A stretch of 64,000 nucleotides of DNA from Deltaproteobacteria bacterium. Lineage in GTDB: Bacteria > Myxococcota > Kuafuiibacteriia > Kuafuiibacteriales > Kuafuiibacteriaceae. A program made the position numbers and the translations under genes. This document shows, piece by piece, positions 1 through 9,156 of this stretch; positions within the stretch are counted from its first letter, which is position 1, and each line of letters opens with the position of its first letter. Location of the stretch: contig JAVJQW010000049.1 of the NCBI GenBank assembly GCA_040218735.1, positions 77,821 to 141,820 of the forward strand. The letters are read 5' to 3'. The notes under the pieces were generated by a model, which was given only the letters and a program-made list of their open reading frames with translations, was not told where the DNA came from and ran no database searches.

Positions 1-1
1 C

Positions 2-670
2 GAGACGGACATCTACTACCTGCGCACCTACGACCTGAAGGCGGCGCTCGACCACGTCGCGGGCCTCGGCGACGGGCTGTCCGCGCTGGTCTCCGAGACG
101 CGCGTCGTCGCGGGGCACAGCTTCGGCGCGTACACCGCGTTCGCGGTCGCGGGCGCCGAGTATCCGGTCGACGATCTCGACGACGGCTGCGCAGCGGGCA
201 CCGTCTCCTCGGGGTACTGCTCCACGCTCGACGACGAAAAACGCGAGCTGTTCGCGGCCGGATTCGAAGACGATCGGTTCTCGGCGGTGCTCTCCTACGA
301 CCCAGGTGACTTCGGTCTGTTCGGGGAGGCGGGGGTCGCGAAGGTCGACGTCCCGACGCTGCATGTCGTCGCCGAGATCAGCGGGCATCCGGTCGGCGAT
401 CCGGCCGCGGACGACTACTGGCGCTCGTTGAATCACCCGGACGACTTCCGCTTCCTGCTGAAGGGCGGCGACCACAACGACTTCACCGACGCGTGTGAAG
501 CCGGCCTCGACGTCCGGTGCAGCACGCTCATCCCGGAGCGCGTGTGGAGCGCGACGCGGATCTACACCCTCGCGTTCCTCGACGGCGTCGTGCTCGGCGA
601 GCCCGGCTACGAGGACATCCTCAGCGGCGCGGCCGAGGTGTCGTCGCTGGCGGAGGTCACGGACCGGTGA
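2..670 (+). CDS. Alpha/beta hydrolase, PAF-acetylhydrolase/lipase-like (5' partial; runs off the window start)
   Basis: Frame 2 is open from base 2. The translation contains a GHSFG nucleophile-elbow motif (..VVAGHSFGAYTAF..). Stop TGA at 668-670. The C-terminal 127 aa matches the listed ORF 287..670. Confidence 0.6.
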   Translation, partial: ETDIYYLRTYDLKAALDHVAGLGDGLSALVSETRVVAGHSFGAYTAFAVAGAEYPVDDLDDGCAAGTVSSGYCSTLDDEKRELFAAGFEDDRFSAVLSYDPGDFGLFGEAGVAKVDVPTLHVVAEISGHPVGDPAADDYWRSLNHPDDFRFLLKGGDHNDFTDACEAGLDVRCSTLIPERVWSATRIYTLAFLDGVVLGEPGYEDILSGAAEVSSLAEVTDR

Positions 671-2238
671 AGGTGTCGATCGGCCGGCGCGAGTTCCTCG
701 GCTGGGCGGCGGCGACCGTCGCGGCGGGCTGCGCGGAGGGCCACGACTGCGAGCCGGACGGGGATCCGATCTTCGAGGACGTCGCGTCCGCGCGCGCCGA
801 GACACGCGTCGCGGCGGCGCCGTTCACGTTGGGCGTCGCGTCGGGCGACCCGCTGCACGACCGCGTGATCCTCTGGACGCGCCTCGCACCCGAGCCGCTC
901 GAAGCGGGCGGCGGGATGATCGCGGAGGACGTCCCGGTCGGTTGGCAGGTCGCGCGCGACGAGGCGTTCACGGACATCGTCAGCCAGGGCGTCGCGACGG
1001 CGCGCGCCGAGGACGCCCACGCGGTGCACATCGACGCCGTCGGGCTCGACGCGGACAGCTGGTACTACTACCGGTTCTTCGTCGGCGAACACAAAAGCGC
1101 CGTCGGTCGCACGCGCACGTTCCCCTGCGCGGACGCGGAGCCGGCCTCGACGCGCTTCGCGTTTGCGTCGTGCCAGAAGTACCGCGACGGCTACTACACG
1201 GCGCACCGCCACCTCGCGGAGGAGGACCTCGACTTCGTCTTGTTCCTCGGCGACTACATCTACGAGAGCGGGGGCGACTCGGTCCGCGAGGAGAACTTCG
1301 AGACTGAGGAAGCCGAAGACCTGGACGGCTACCGCCACCGCTACGCGATCTACAAACGCGACCAGGACCTGCAGGCCGCGCACGCCGCCTTCCCGTGGAT
1401 CGCGGTGTGGGACGACCACGAGGTCGACAACGACTACGCCGGCGTCCTCGCGGTGGGGGACGAGGCGCCGACGGCCGAGTTCGCGGCGCGCCGCGCGGCC
1501 GCGTATCGCGCGTACTGGGAGCACATGCCGATCCGCGCCGCGGCGCCGGTGGCGGATTCGCTGCGGCTGTACCGGAGCTTTGCGTTCGGCGATCTGTTCG
1601 AGCTGTTCGTCGTCGACTCTCGTCAGCACCGCGACGACCAAGTGTGCAGCGACGACGACTTCGGGCCGGTGTGCGACGCGCGCGACGATCCGTCCCGCAC
1701 GATGCTCGGGTTCGAGCAGGAGCGTTGGCTCTTCGACGGGCTCGCCTCGTCGACGCGGCGTTGGAAGTTGATCGGCAACCAGGTCGCGCTCGCGACGCTC
1801 GACTTCGACGGCACCGTCGCGAACTTCGACATCTGGGACGGCTACACCGCCGCCCGGCAGCGCCTCCTCGACGTGCTGCGCGACGTGAACAACGCCGTGG
1901 TGCTCACCGGCGACCTGCACGTCGCGGGCGTCGCGGACCTCACTGCGTTCGGGAACCTGCCCGGGGGCTCACGAGTGATCGCGGCGGAGCTGGTCGGCAC
2001 GTCGATCACCTCGGGCGGCGACGAACCGGCGTCACCGATCGCGGAGCTCGTCACGAGCGAGCCGCACATCCACTACGTGAACGCGTCGGTGCGCGGGTAC
2101 ATGCGGTGCACGCTGGATCGTGCGGGGCTGCGGACGGACCTGCGGGTGGTGAGCACGGTCGAGGCGCCGGAGGCGGACGTTCGCACCGAGGCTTCGTTCG
2201 TCGTCGACGACGGCATCCCCGGCGTCCGGCTGGCGTAG
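667..2238 (+). CDS. phoD: Alkaline phosphatase D (PhoD-like metallophosphatase), Tat-secreted
   Basis: GTG at 667 gives MKVSIGRREFLGWAAATVAAGCAEG, a twin-arginine signal. Motifs GDYIYE, VWDDHEVDNDY and LTGDLHV are typical of PhoD calcineurin-like phosphoesterases. The listed 573-aa ORF 517..2238 has an Arg-rich N-terminal extension that I reject. Confidence 0.85.
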   Translation: MKVSIGRREFLGWAAATVAAGCAEGHDCEPDGDPIFEDVASARAETRVAAAPFTLGVASGDPLHDRVILWTRLAPEPLEAGGGMIAEDVPVGWQVARDEAFTDIVSQGVATARAEDAHAVHIDAVGLDADSWYYYRFFVGEHKSAVGRTRTFPCADAEPASTRFAFASCQKYRDGYYTAHRHLAEEDLDFVLFLGDYIYESGGDSVREENFETEEAEDLDGYRHRYAIYKRDQDLQAAHAAFPWIAVWDDHEVDNDYAGVLAVGDEAPTAEFAARRAAAYRAYWEHMPIRAAAPVADSLRLYRSFAFGDLFELFVVDSRQHRDDQVCSDDDFGPVCDARDDPSRTMLGFEQERWLFDGLASSTRRWKLIGNQVALATLDFDGTVANFDIWDGYTAARQRLLDVLRDVNNAVVLTGDLHVAGVADLTAFGNLPGGSRVIAAELVGTSITSGGDEPASPIAELVTSEPHIHYVNASVRGYMRCTLDRAGLRTDLRVVSTVEAPEADVRTEASFVVDDGIPGVRLA

Positions 2239-2240
2239 CG

Positions 2241-2666
2241 TCAGTGGCAGCCTTCGAAGATCACGTCGCCTGAGACCACCACGCGCTGCATCGCGTTGTT
2301 CTCGTCGATGTACGAATGATCGCAGTCGATCTTTGCGTCGCCGTCGAGCGCGACGACGTCGTTGATGCGGGTGTTGGAGTCGAGGATGGTCCCGGTTGCA
2401 CACGCGCCGAGGCGCGGCCCCATCTGGCGGCCGGCGGGGAAGAACGAGACCTCGGTGATCTCGGTGCCGAGGCTGTCTCGGTAGAGGCGGACGAGGCGGT
2501 CGTCGGTGGTCACGAGGTCGACGCCGTCGAAGCCCTTCGGCTCGAGCGACTCACAGCGGTCGAGCTCGGCCGTCGTGCCGTCGATGGTGAGGGTGCCTTC
2601 GACGGACGATCCGCAGGCGGTCGCGAGTGCGATGAACGAGAGGAAGGCGGGTGCGGTCCACTTCAT
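2241..2666 (-). CDS. Lipoprotein, function unknown
   Basis: ATG at 2666 (revcomp) gives MKWTAPAFLSFIALATACGSS, a signal peptide with a lipobox Cys. It lies inside ORF 2241..2720. Confidence 0.6.
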   Translation of the reverse strand: MKWTAPAFLSFIALATACGSSVEGTLTIDGTTAELDRCESLEPKGFDGVDLVTTDDRLVRLYRDSLGTEITEVSFFPAGRQMGPRLGACATGTILDSNTRINDVVALDGDAKIDCDHSYIDENNAMQRVVVSGDVIFEGCH

Positions 2667-2730
2667 GGACCTCATCGTCGGGCAACGAAGCGTCGGTCGC
2701 GAACGCGTGCGAGCGGGCACGCGACGGCGC

Positions 2731-3585
2731 TCACGACTCCAGGCGTTTGGCCTTCGCGGCTTCGAGCGTGGACTCCTCGATCTTGAACAACCGCGCCGCC
2801 GTCCGCCACGCGATGTTCTCGAGCTGCTCCTGTACGAACTCGAGCTCGTGCATGAACTTGAGATAGGGCTTCATCGCGACGAGCGGCCAGTCGCTGCCGT
2901 ACATGAGCTGTTTTCCGGGGTCGCCCATGTACGTGATCATCTCTTTGAGCCGCATCGCGACGTAGCGTTCGAACGCGTAGTCGAATTCACCGAGCGTGAG
3001 CCCCGAGATGTCGGCGAACACGTTGTCGTTCTTGTAGAGGACCTCGGCGGCGTCCTGGAACCACGGGTTGCCGAGGTGGCACATCACGAACTTCACGTCG
3101 GGGTAGTCGACCGCGACGTCGTCGACCAGGAGGGGGTGCGCCATGCGGACCTTCGCGGTCTTCGCGTAGGTGTCGCCGGTGTGGATCATGACCGGCACGT
3201 CGTACTTGGCGGCGATGCGGAAGACACTCTCCAGCGACGGGTCGTTGATCGGGTAGTGGTCGTAGCCGGGGTAGAGCTTGATGCCGCGGACGATGCCGTC
3301 GCGGATGCGCTCCTCCATCGAGAAGAGGTCGGTGCGTTCGTCACCGCGCCACCTGAGCCCCTCGACGACGGTGCTGCGCGGGTCCTCATGGAGGTGGTCG
3401 ACGAGGTCCTCGACGGCGGGACGATCCACGTCGACGCGGTAGGAGGTGATCACGACGACGTGGTCGACGCCGGTGTCCCTCATCTTTTCGTAGAGGTCCG
3501 CGACGTTCTCCTGCGTCGGGCGGCGGGTCGACTCGTGGTAATTGTTGAGGTGCACGTGCGAGTCGATCAGGAAACGCGAGCTCAT
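2731..3585 (-). CDS. Amidohydrolase-2 family metal-dependent hydrolase (TIM barrel)
   Basis: The 284-aa ORF has an N-terminal DSHVHL metal-binding motif, and later HTGD and MCHLGNPW. Its composition is diverse (K, Y, F, M), unlike the antisense frames. Confidence 0.75.
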   Translation of the reverse strand: MSSRFLIDSHVHLNNYHESTRRPTQENVADLYEKMRDTGVDHVVVITSYRVDVDRPAVEDLVDHLHEDPRSTVVEGLRWRGDERTDLFSMEERIRDGIVRGIKLYPGYDHYPINDPSLESVFRIAAKYDVPVMIHTGDTYAKTAKVRMAHPLLVDDVAVDYPDVKFVMCHLGNPWFQDAAEVLYKNDNVFADISGLTLGEFDYAFERYVAMRLKEMITYMGDPGKQLMYGSDWPLVAMKPYLKFMHELEFVQEQLENIAWRTAARLFKIEESTLEAAKAKRLES

Positions 3586-4602
3586 GCGGGGAGCCTACCG
3601 GACGCACGGTGGCCGCTCCACGTCGTGACGGGTTTCCTCGGGAGCGGGAAGACCACGCTGATCGCGCACCTCCTCGAATCCCCCGCGGCGTCGGGCACCG
3701 CGGTGATCGTGAACGAGGTCGGCGACGTGTCGATCGACGACCGCCTCGTGGCGCACGTGACCGAGGACGTGCAGGTGCTCGCGTCGGGCTGTCTGTGCTG
3801 CACGCTCCGCGACGATCTCGCGGGGGCGATCGAGCAGCTGCACACCGCGTCCGTAGAGGCGGGGCGGGCGATAAGCCGTGTGGTCTTGGAGACGAGCGGG
3901 ATCGCGGACCCCGCGCCCATCGTGCACTCCGCCGCGCGGGATCCGCGGCTCGCCGCGCGGCTGCGCGTCGCGGGGGTCGTCGCGGTCGTCGATGCCTCGC
4001 GCGCGTTGACGTTGCTCGACACGCAGCCGGAGGTCGCGCGTCAGATCGACATCGCGGACCACGTCGTCCTCACGAAGGAGGACGTCGCGCCCGAGGGGGC
4101 CGTCGAAGCGATCGAGGCGCTGCTCACCGAACGTTACCCGGGGCGGGGGATCGAGCGGGGCCCCGCGGCGCTGCTCGTCGGTGCGCCGACGTTGACCAGC
4201 CGCGCCGAGGCGGCCGGCTGGCTCGCGCCGCTGCACGACGGCGACGCGGCCGTGGACCGACGGACGATCGATCTGCCGAGCCCGGTGTGCCTCGACGCGC
4301 TCGCGCTGTGGCACCGCATGGTGACGAGCCTCGACGGCCTTTCGCTGCTCCGCATCAAGGGGATCGTAGAGGCCGACGGCGCGCGCTGGGTGATGCAGTC
4401 GGCGCAGCACGCGGTGTTCGAGCCGCGTCCGCTGGCGGGGGCGCCCGAAGCGTGGTCGGGCTCGCGCCTCGTGGTGTTGAGCCGCGGGATGCCGAAGCCC
4501 GCGCTCGATCGGCTCGAGGAGGCCGCCGTCCTCGCCGCGCGCGGTACAAGGCGTCGACCCGTTCGGCAATCGGCTGGAATTACTGGCTCCAGACCTCGGT
4601 GA
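3556..4602 (+). CDS. COG0523/CobW-family GTPase (putative zinc metallochaperone)
   Basis: P-loop VVTGFLGSGKTTLI. Motifs CLCCTLRDDL (CxCC) and ETSGIADP are typical of the CobW/YjiA/ZigA family. Candidate starts are GTG 3550, GTG 3556 and GTG 3625. The part of the 698-aa ORF upstream of 3550 is antisense to the amidohydrolase and I reject it. Confidence 0.8.
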   Translation: MRVDQETRAHAGSLPDARWPLHVVTGFLGSGKTTLIAHLLESPAASGTAVIVNEVGDVSIDDRLVAHVTEDVQVLASGCLCCTLRDDLAGAIEQLHTASVEAGRAISRVVLETSGIADPAPIVHSAARDPRLAARLRVAGVVAVVDASRALTLLDTQPEVARQIDIADHVVLTKEDVAPEGAVEAIEALLTERYPGRGIERGPAALLVGAPTLTSRAEAAGWLAPLHDGDAAVDRRTIDLPSPVCLDALALWHRMVTSLDGLSLLRIKGIVEADGARWVMQSAQHAVFEPRPLAGAPEAWSGSRLVVLSRGMPKPALDRLEEAAVLAARGTRRRPVRQSAGITGSRPR

Positions 4603-4648
4603 CACTTCGGGCGAATGACCGACCGACCGATGGCCGCACCGATCCGGT

Positions 4649-6259
4649 GTGGTATTCATGTCCCACATGGACCGTCGCCCCTGGGCCCTCGCGCTCGCCG
4701 TCCTCGCGGCGTGTTCGCAGAAGGCCGAAGACCCGCCCATCGTGCTCACCGAGCTCCCGGACGTGGCGCCGGCCGAGGCGCACCTGACGCGCCTCACGGC
4801 CACGCAGTACCGCGCCGCGATCACGGACGTGCTCGGCGAAGGCCTCGCGCTGCCGCCGCAGCTGGAGCCGGATCTGCCGTCGTCCGGGCTGCTGTCGGTC
4901 GGGGCGTCGGAGTCGACGATCTCCGCGTGGGGGGTCGAGCAGTACGAAAACGGCGCCTTCTCGATCGCCGCGCAGATCATGGACGACGAGACGCGTCGCG
5001 CCGCGCTCGTGCCGTGCACGCCGCAGGGCACCGTCGACGCCGCGTGCACGACGGCGTTCGTGGAGCAGGTCGGCCGTCGTCTGTGGCGTCGCCCGCTCGA
5101 GACCGATGAGCGCGACGCGCTGGTCGCCGTCGCGAACGAAGCGGCGATGACCCTCGACGACTTCTACGCGGGGCTGGAGTTCGCGCTCGCGGGGCTGCTC
5201 CAGTCGCCGAACTTCCTCTTCCGCGTCGAGCTCGGCGAGAGCGGGCGCTACGACGACTGGGAGATGGCGTCGCGGCTGTCGTTCTTCCTGTGGAACACGG
5301 TGCCGGACGAGGCGCTCCTCGACGCCGCCGCCGCGGGTGCGTTGAGCACCGCCGAGGGGCTCGCCGCGCAGGCGCGCCGGATGATCGACGACGAGCGCGC
5401 GCGCGACGGCGTGCGGCAGTTCTTCACGGACATGTACGAGCTGTACGAGCTCGACGCGCTCGCCAAGGACCCGACGCTGTTCGTTCACTTTTCGACGGAC
5501 GTCGGCGGGTTCGCGCGGGAGGAGACGTTGCGGCTGGTCGAGTACATCGTCTTCGAGAAGGACGCCGACTACCGCGAGCTGATCACCACGAACGAGACGT
5601 TCGTGAACCGGCACCTCGCTTCGATCTACAGCGTCCCCGCCGCTTCGCGGGAGGGCTTCGCGAAGGTGACGCTGCCGCGCTCCTCGGGCCGGCGCGGGGT
5701 GCTCGGGCACCTGTCGTTCCTCGGCTTGCAGTCGCACCCGGCGGCGTCGTCCGCGGTGCTGCGCGGGTTGTTCGTGCGGAAGGTGCTCCTGTGCCAGGAG
5801 ATTCCGCCGCCCCCCGTGGACGTGAACACGGCGCTCCCGGAGCCGACCGAGGTCGCGCCGACGCTGCGCGAGCGGAACAAGATCCACCTCGAGAACCCGA
5901 GCTGCGCGCAGTGCCACAACTTCATGGATCCGATCGGGCTGGGGTTCGAGAACTTCGACGGCCTCGGTCGGTGGCGTGAGAAGGACAACGGCGCGCTGAT
6001 CGACGCGAGCGGCGACCTCGACGGCAAGCCGTTCACGGACGCGTGGGAGATGGCCGAGGTCGTGCGTGAGCACGAAAACGTCGGCATCTGCCTGACGCGT
6101 ACGCTGTACCGCTACGCGACGTCCCACGTGGAGCAGGCGGACGAGGGGCAGCTGATCGTGGCGCTGTCCAAGCGGTTCGAGGAGCAGGGCTACCGGATCA
6201 AGGCGCTCCTGTTCGACATCGTGACGAGCCCCGGGTTCGCGAAGGTCGAGGTGCAGTGA
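4649..6259 (+). CDS. DUF1592/DUF1588/DUF1585-like (planctomycete-type PSD/PSCyt) protein with CxxCH motif; lipoprotein-type signal
   Basis: Alternative ATG starts at 4658 and 4667 give MDRRPWALALAVLAACS (lipobox). C-terminal CAQCHNFMDPIGLGFENFDGLGRWRE is the heme-like motif these families carry. It is followed directly by a DUF1552-like gene with a 4-bp overlap. Confidence 0.8.
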   Translation: MVFMSHMDRRPWALALAVLAACSQKAEDPPIVLTELPDVAPAEAHLTRLTATQYRAAITDVLGEGLALPPQLEPDLPSSGLLSVGASESTISAWGVEQYENGAFSIAAQIMDDETRRAALVPCTPQGTVDAACTTAFVEQVGRRLWRRPLETDERDALVAVANEAAMTLDDFYAGLEFALAGLLQSPNFLFRVELGESGRYDDWEMASRLSFFLWNTVPDEALLDAAAAGALSTAEGLAAQARRMIDDERARDGVRQFFTDMYELYELDALAKDPTLFVHFSTDVGGFAREETLRLVEYIVFEKDADYRELITTNETFVNRHLASIYSVPAASREGFAKVTLPRSSGRRGVLGHLSFLGLQSHPAASSAVLRGLFVRKVLLCQEIPPPPVDVNTALPEPTEVAPTLRERNKIHLENPSCAQCHNFMDPIGLGFENFDGLGRWREKDNGALIDASGDLDGKPFTDAWEMAEVVREHENVGICLTRTLYRYATSHVEQADEGQLIVALSKRFEEQGYRIKALLFDIVTSPGFAKVEVQ

Positions 6260-7575
6260 TGAAGCTGTCCAGGCGCACGTTGCTCAAAGGCGCGCTCGGC
6301 GGCGCGACGGTGACCGTGGGGTTGCCGGCGCTGGAGTGCATGTTGAACACCCACGGCACCGCGCTCGCGAACGGGACGCTGCCGAAGCGGTTCGGGATCT
6401 GGTTCTGGGGGAACGGTGTGCTCCCCACGCAGTGGGTGCCGACGGGCGAGGGCACGGAGTGGACGCTGTCGGATCAGCTCTCGCCGCTCGCGGACGTGAA
6501 GGACGACATCTCCGTCGTCAGCGGGATGTCGGTGAAGACCGGCAACGCGATCCCGCACGGCTCGGGCCCAGGCGGGATCTTCTCGGGCGCGCCGCTGATC
6601 CTGCAGGGCGGGGAGGAGTACACGTTCTCCACGCCGAGCATCGACCAGTTCATCGCGCGGGAGATCGGCGGCGAGACGCGCTTCCGTTCCCTGGAGCTCG
6701 GCGCGAAGCCGGGGCCGGGGCTGTCGTTCAACGGACCGAACAGCAAGAACCCGCCGGAGTCCTCGCCGCGCCGGTTCTTCGACCGCATCTTCGGCGGCAA
6801 CTTCACGCTGCCGGGTGACGACCCGACGCCGGACCCGCGGCTGAGGCTGCGCCGGAGCGTGCTGGACGCGGTGATGGGCGACGTCGGTCGTTTGAACGCG
6901 CGGCTGTCGATGCACGACAAGCAGCGCCTCGATCAGCACCTCACGGGCATTCGCGATCTCGAGCGGCGCCTGCAGCGCCTCGAAGAGAACCCCCCTTCGC
7001 TCGAATCGTGTGCGCTCCCGGATCGGCCGGCGGAGACGTTCCCGGACGTCGACGGGCGGCCGCCGATGCCCGAGATCGCGCGGGCGATGGCGGACGTGTT
7101 GGCGTTGGCGCTCGCGTGTGACCAGACGCGGGTCTTCTCGTTCTGGTTCACGTACCCGGTGAACAACGTGCTGTTCCCCGGGATGCCCGCGGGGCACCAC
7201 CGCCTGACCCACGACGAGCCGGGGGAGCAGCCGATGGTGAACGACATCGTCAAGCTGATCACCACGGAGCTCGCGTACTTCGTCGCGCGCCTCAAGAGCA
7301 TCCCGGAGGGCGACGCCACGCTGCTCGACAGCTGCGCGGTGCTCGCGACGTCCGACACCTCTTGGGGCCGAAACCACACGCTCGACGACTACCCGATCGT
7401 CATCGCGGGCAACGCGTGCGGCGCGCTGAAGAAGGGCGTGCACTACCGCTCGCCGTCGAACGAGAACGCCACGATGGTGTTGTTGTCGCTGGTGCGCGCG
7501 ATGGGGATTCCGGCGGCGGAGTACGGCGCGGAGGCCGGGCACGTCGACCGCAGCCTGGGGGCGATCGAAGCATGA
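6256..7575 (+). CDS. DUF1552-like Tat-signal protein, partner of the DUF1592-like gene
   Basis: MMKLSRRTLLKGALGGATVTVGLPALE is a twin-arginine signal. ATG 6256 overlaps the upstream stop (ATGA). Stop TGA at 7573-7575. Confidence 0.8.
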   Translation: MMKLSRRTLLKGALGGATVTVGLPALECMLNTHGTALANGTLPKRFGIWFWGNGVLPTQWVPTGEGTEWTLSDQLSPLADVKDDISVVSGMSVKTGNAIPHGSGPGGIFSGAPLILQGGEEYTFSTPSIDQFIAREIGGETRFRSLELGAKPGPGLSFNGPNSKNPPESSPRRFFDRIFGGNFTLPGDDPTPDPRLRLRRSVLDAVMGDVGRLNARLSMHDKQRLDQHLTGIRDLERRLQRLEENPPSLESCALPDRPAETFPDVDGRPPMPEIARAMADVLALALACDQTRVFSFWFTYPVNNVLFPGMPAGHHRLTHDEPGEQPMVNDIVKLITTELAYFVARLKSIPEGDATLLDSCAVLATSDTSWGRNHTLDDYPIVIAGNACGALKKGVHYRSPSNENATMVLLSLVRAMGIPAAEYGAEAGHVDRSLGAIEA

Positions 7576-8390
7576 GGCGCTTCACGTGGACGTTGGTGTT
7601 CGGGCTCGCCGCGTGCGGCGGGACGGCGGTCGAGCCGGGGCCGACGCGGTCTTCGGTGTTCAGCGTGGTGTCGTTCGAGCGGGAGGCGGACGGTGTGTCG
7701 GCGGGGATGAACCTCGACGGCTACGTCAGCACCACCAACGACGATCGCGCGTGTAAGAAGGAGGACTTCCTCGCGCCGGACGGCACCGAGGGGGTCGACA
7801 ACCAGCTCGCGACGCTGCTCCCGCTGATCGATCTCGTGGGCGAGAACGCGGTGGAGGAGATCCTCCAGATCGCGGTCGACGAAGGGCGCCTGCTCATCGT
7901 AGCGGACCTCGCGATAGCGGAGGACGGCACGGCGACGGTCGACATCCTGCGCGGGCAGGACGTCCCACTGCTCGGCACGGACGGACGCATCCTCGGCGGG
8001 CAGACGCTCGGGCTTTCGGACGAGCCCCCGCTGGGATCGACGGAAGGCGCGATGGTCGACGCGGATACACTCGAGACCGCGCCGTTCAACCTGCGCTTCC
8101 CGGTGCTCGTCTTCACGCAGCTGTACGAGGTCACGTTCGAGGACGCCGTGGTTCGGTTCGAGCTGGACGAAGCGGGCCACGTGAAGAGCGGCCTCATGGC
8201 CGGCGGTGTGCCGATCGTGGAGCTGATCGACCTGTTGGAGACGGCCGCGAACTTCGGTCAGGACTTCGCGGATCTCTTCGGCGACGCCGTGCGTGAGTCC
8301 GGCGACCTCGCGCGGGCGTCCGACGGCACCTGCCAGAACATGTCGGCGTCGATCTCCTTCGAGGCGGTCCCGACGTTCAAGTTCAGGTAG
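7572..8390 (+). CDS. Lipoprotein, function unknown (third gene of the operon)
   Basis: ATG 7572 overlaps the upstream [20 protein letters not shown] is a lipoprotein signal. Acidic secreted protein. Confidence 0.65.
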   Translation: MRRFTWTLVFGLAACGGTAVEPGPTRSSVFSVVSFEREADGVSAGMNLDGYVSTTNDDRACKKEDFLAPDGTEGVDNQLATLLPLIDLVGENAVEEILQIAVDEGRLLIVADLAIAEDGTATVDILRGQDVPLLGTDGRILGGQTLGLSDEPPLGSTEGAMVDADTLETAPFNLRFPVLVFTQLYEVTFEDAVVRFELDEAGHVKSGLMAGGVPIVELIDLLETAANFGQDFADLFGDAVRESGDLARASDGTCQNMSASISFEAVPTFKFR

Positions 8391-8400
8391 GCTGGGGCGC

Positions 8401-8784
8401 ATGAACGACGACGCGCCGGACAACGACGACAAGAGCCTGACGCGCGCCTTCTTCGAGGACCGGATCCCCCGCGCGATCTTCGACAACCGCACGATGTTCG
8501 AGCTGCTGCGGGGGAGCATCTGCATCGCCGTGAAGGACGAGGGGGCCTGGACGCTGCGGTTCGGTTCCACGAACCCGGGGTTCTTCACCGAGGAGCTCGA
8601 CGAGTCCGCGGACTGCGTCTTGGAGTTCGAGCGGGTGGCGTTCGAGAAGGTGCTCCGGAGCGAGCCGCTCGAGCCCCAGGACGAGCCTCGGATGTGGGGC
8701 GAGGACAAGATGCTCAAGGCGTTCGGGAAGCTCCTGGACCAGGGCGCCAAGGGGCAGCTCGGCATCCGCACTTCGAGGGAATGA
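8401..8784 (+). CDS. Small SCP2-like (sterol-carrier fold) protein, tentative
   Basis: 127 aa beginning MNDDAPDNDDK. Weak SCP2-like features. Coupled to the next gene by an ATGA overlap. Confidence 0.5.
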   Translation: MNDDAPDNDDKSLTRAFFEDRIPRAIFDNRTMFELLRGSICIAVKDEGAWTLRFGSTNPGFFTEELDESADCVLEFERVAFEKVLRSEPLEPQDEPRMWGEDKMLKAFGKLLDQGAKGQLGIRTSRE

Positions 8785-9110
8785 GCGGCTTCGATCTCGA
8801 GCGACACGTCACGCGGGCGCTCGCCGAAGTGCTGCGTTCGCGGCTCGGCGCGGCGCCGATGCCGGGGCGCGTGGTCGTCGCGATCGAAGCGGTCGAGGCG
8901 GGGCTGTGGTTCTTCGAGATCGAGGGGAGCGGGGCGCGGCTCGTCGGGGAGGTGACGCCGATCGACGCGACGCTCCGCGCGCATCGTCTGGACTGGGTCG
9001 ATCTGTTCGAGGGCGTGGCGTCGATGAAGGCCGCGCTGGTCGACGGGCGGCTGGAGCTCGAAGGGGACGTCGCGGTCGCGAGCCGCGTGTGCCGCGCGAT
9101 CTTCGACTGA
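8781..9110 (+). CDS. SCP2 sterol-transfer-like domain protein
   Basis: 109 aa. C-terminal MKAALVDGRLELEGDVAVASRV resembles the SCP2 signature (MQAFMSGKLKIKGNMxxAMKL). ATG 8781 overlaps the upstream TGA. Confidence 0.6.
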   Translation: MSGFDLERHVTRALAEVLRSRLGAAPMPGRVVVAIEAVEAGLWFFEIEGSGARLVGEVTPIDATLRAHRLDWVDLFEGVASMKAALVDGRLELEGDVAVASRVCRAIFD

Positions 9111-9123
9111 CGCCCAAAAGAAA

Positions 9124-9156
9124 GAGCGCCCCTCGCCGACGCGGCGAGGAGCGCTC
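9124..9156. terminator. GC-rich hairpin between convergent genes (putative bidirectional terminator)
   Basis: GAGCGCCCCTCGCCG-ACG-CGGCGAGGAGCGCTC has a 15-bp stem with one mismatch. Further short hairpins follow: CCGGTCGC-GAGA-GCGACCGG, GAGGCC..GGCCTC and CTCCGC-GTA-GCGGAG. They sit between the end of the 8781..9110 gene and the end of the 9270..10547 gene. There is no T-tract, as is usual in high-GC genomes. Confidence 0.4.

Noticed and set aside
607-1920. 437-aa ORF on the minus strand, antisense to the PhoD gene
   Set aside because: Arg/Ala/Gly/Val-rich composition typical of out-of-frame translation of 70% GC DNA. It overlaps a + strand gene with strong family motifs.
2506-3549. 5' part of the 698-aa + strand ORF upstream of the CobW-like P-loop
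   Set aside because: It is antisense to the amidohydrolase gene and has low-complexity R/A/V/D composition. Plausible GTG starts sit just before the GSGKTT P-loop.
3595-7542. Long minus-strand ORFs (3595..5049, 4580..6127, 6190..7542) and the + strand ORFs 3609..4787, 5290..5979, 6336..6818
   Set aside because: All overlap the CobW-like and DUF1592/DUF1552-like genes in other frames. They are Arg-rich with no motifs. These are high-GC artefacts.
7443-8984. 513-aa minus-strand ORF
   Set aside because: Antisense to the DUF1552-like gene, the lipoprotein gene and the two SCP2-like genes. Arg/Pro-rich.
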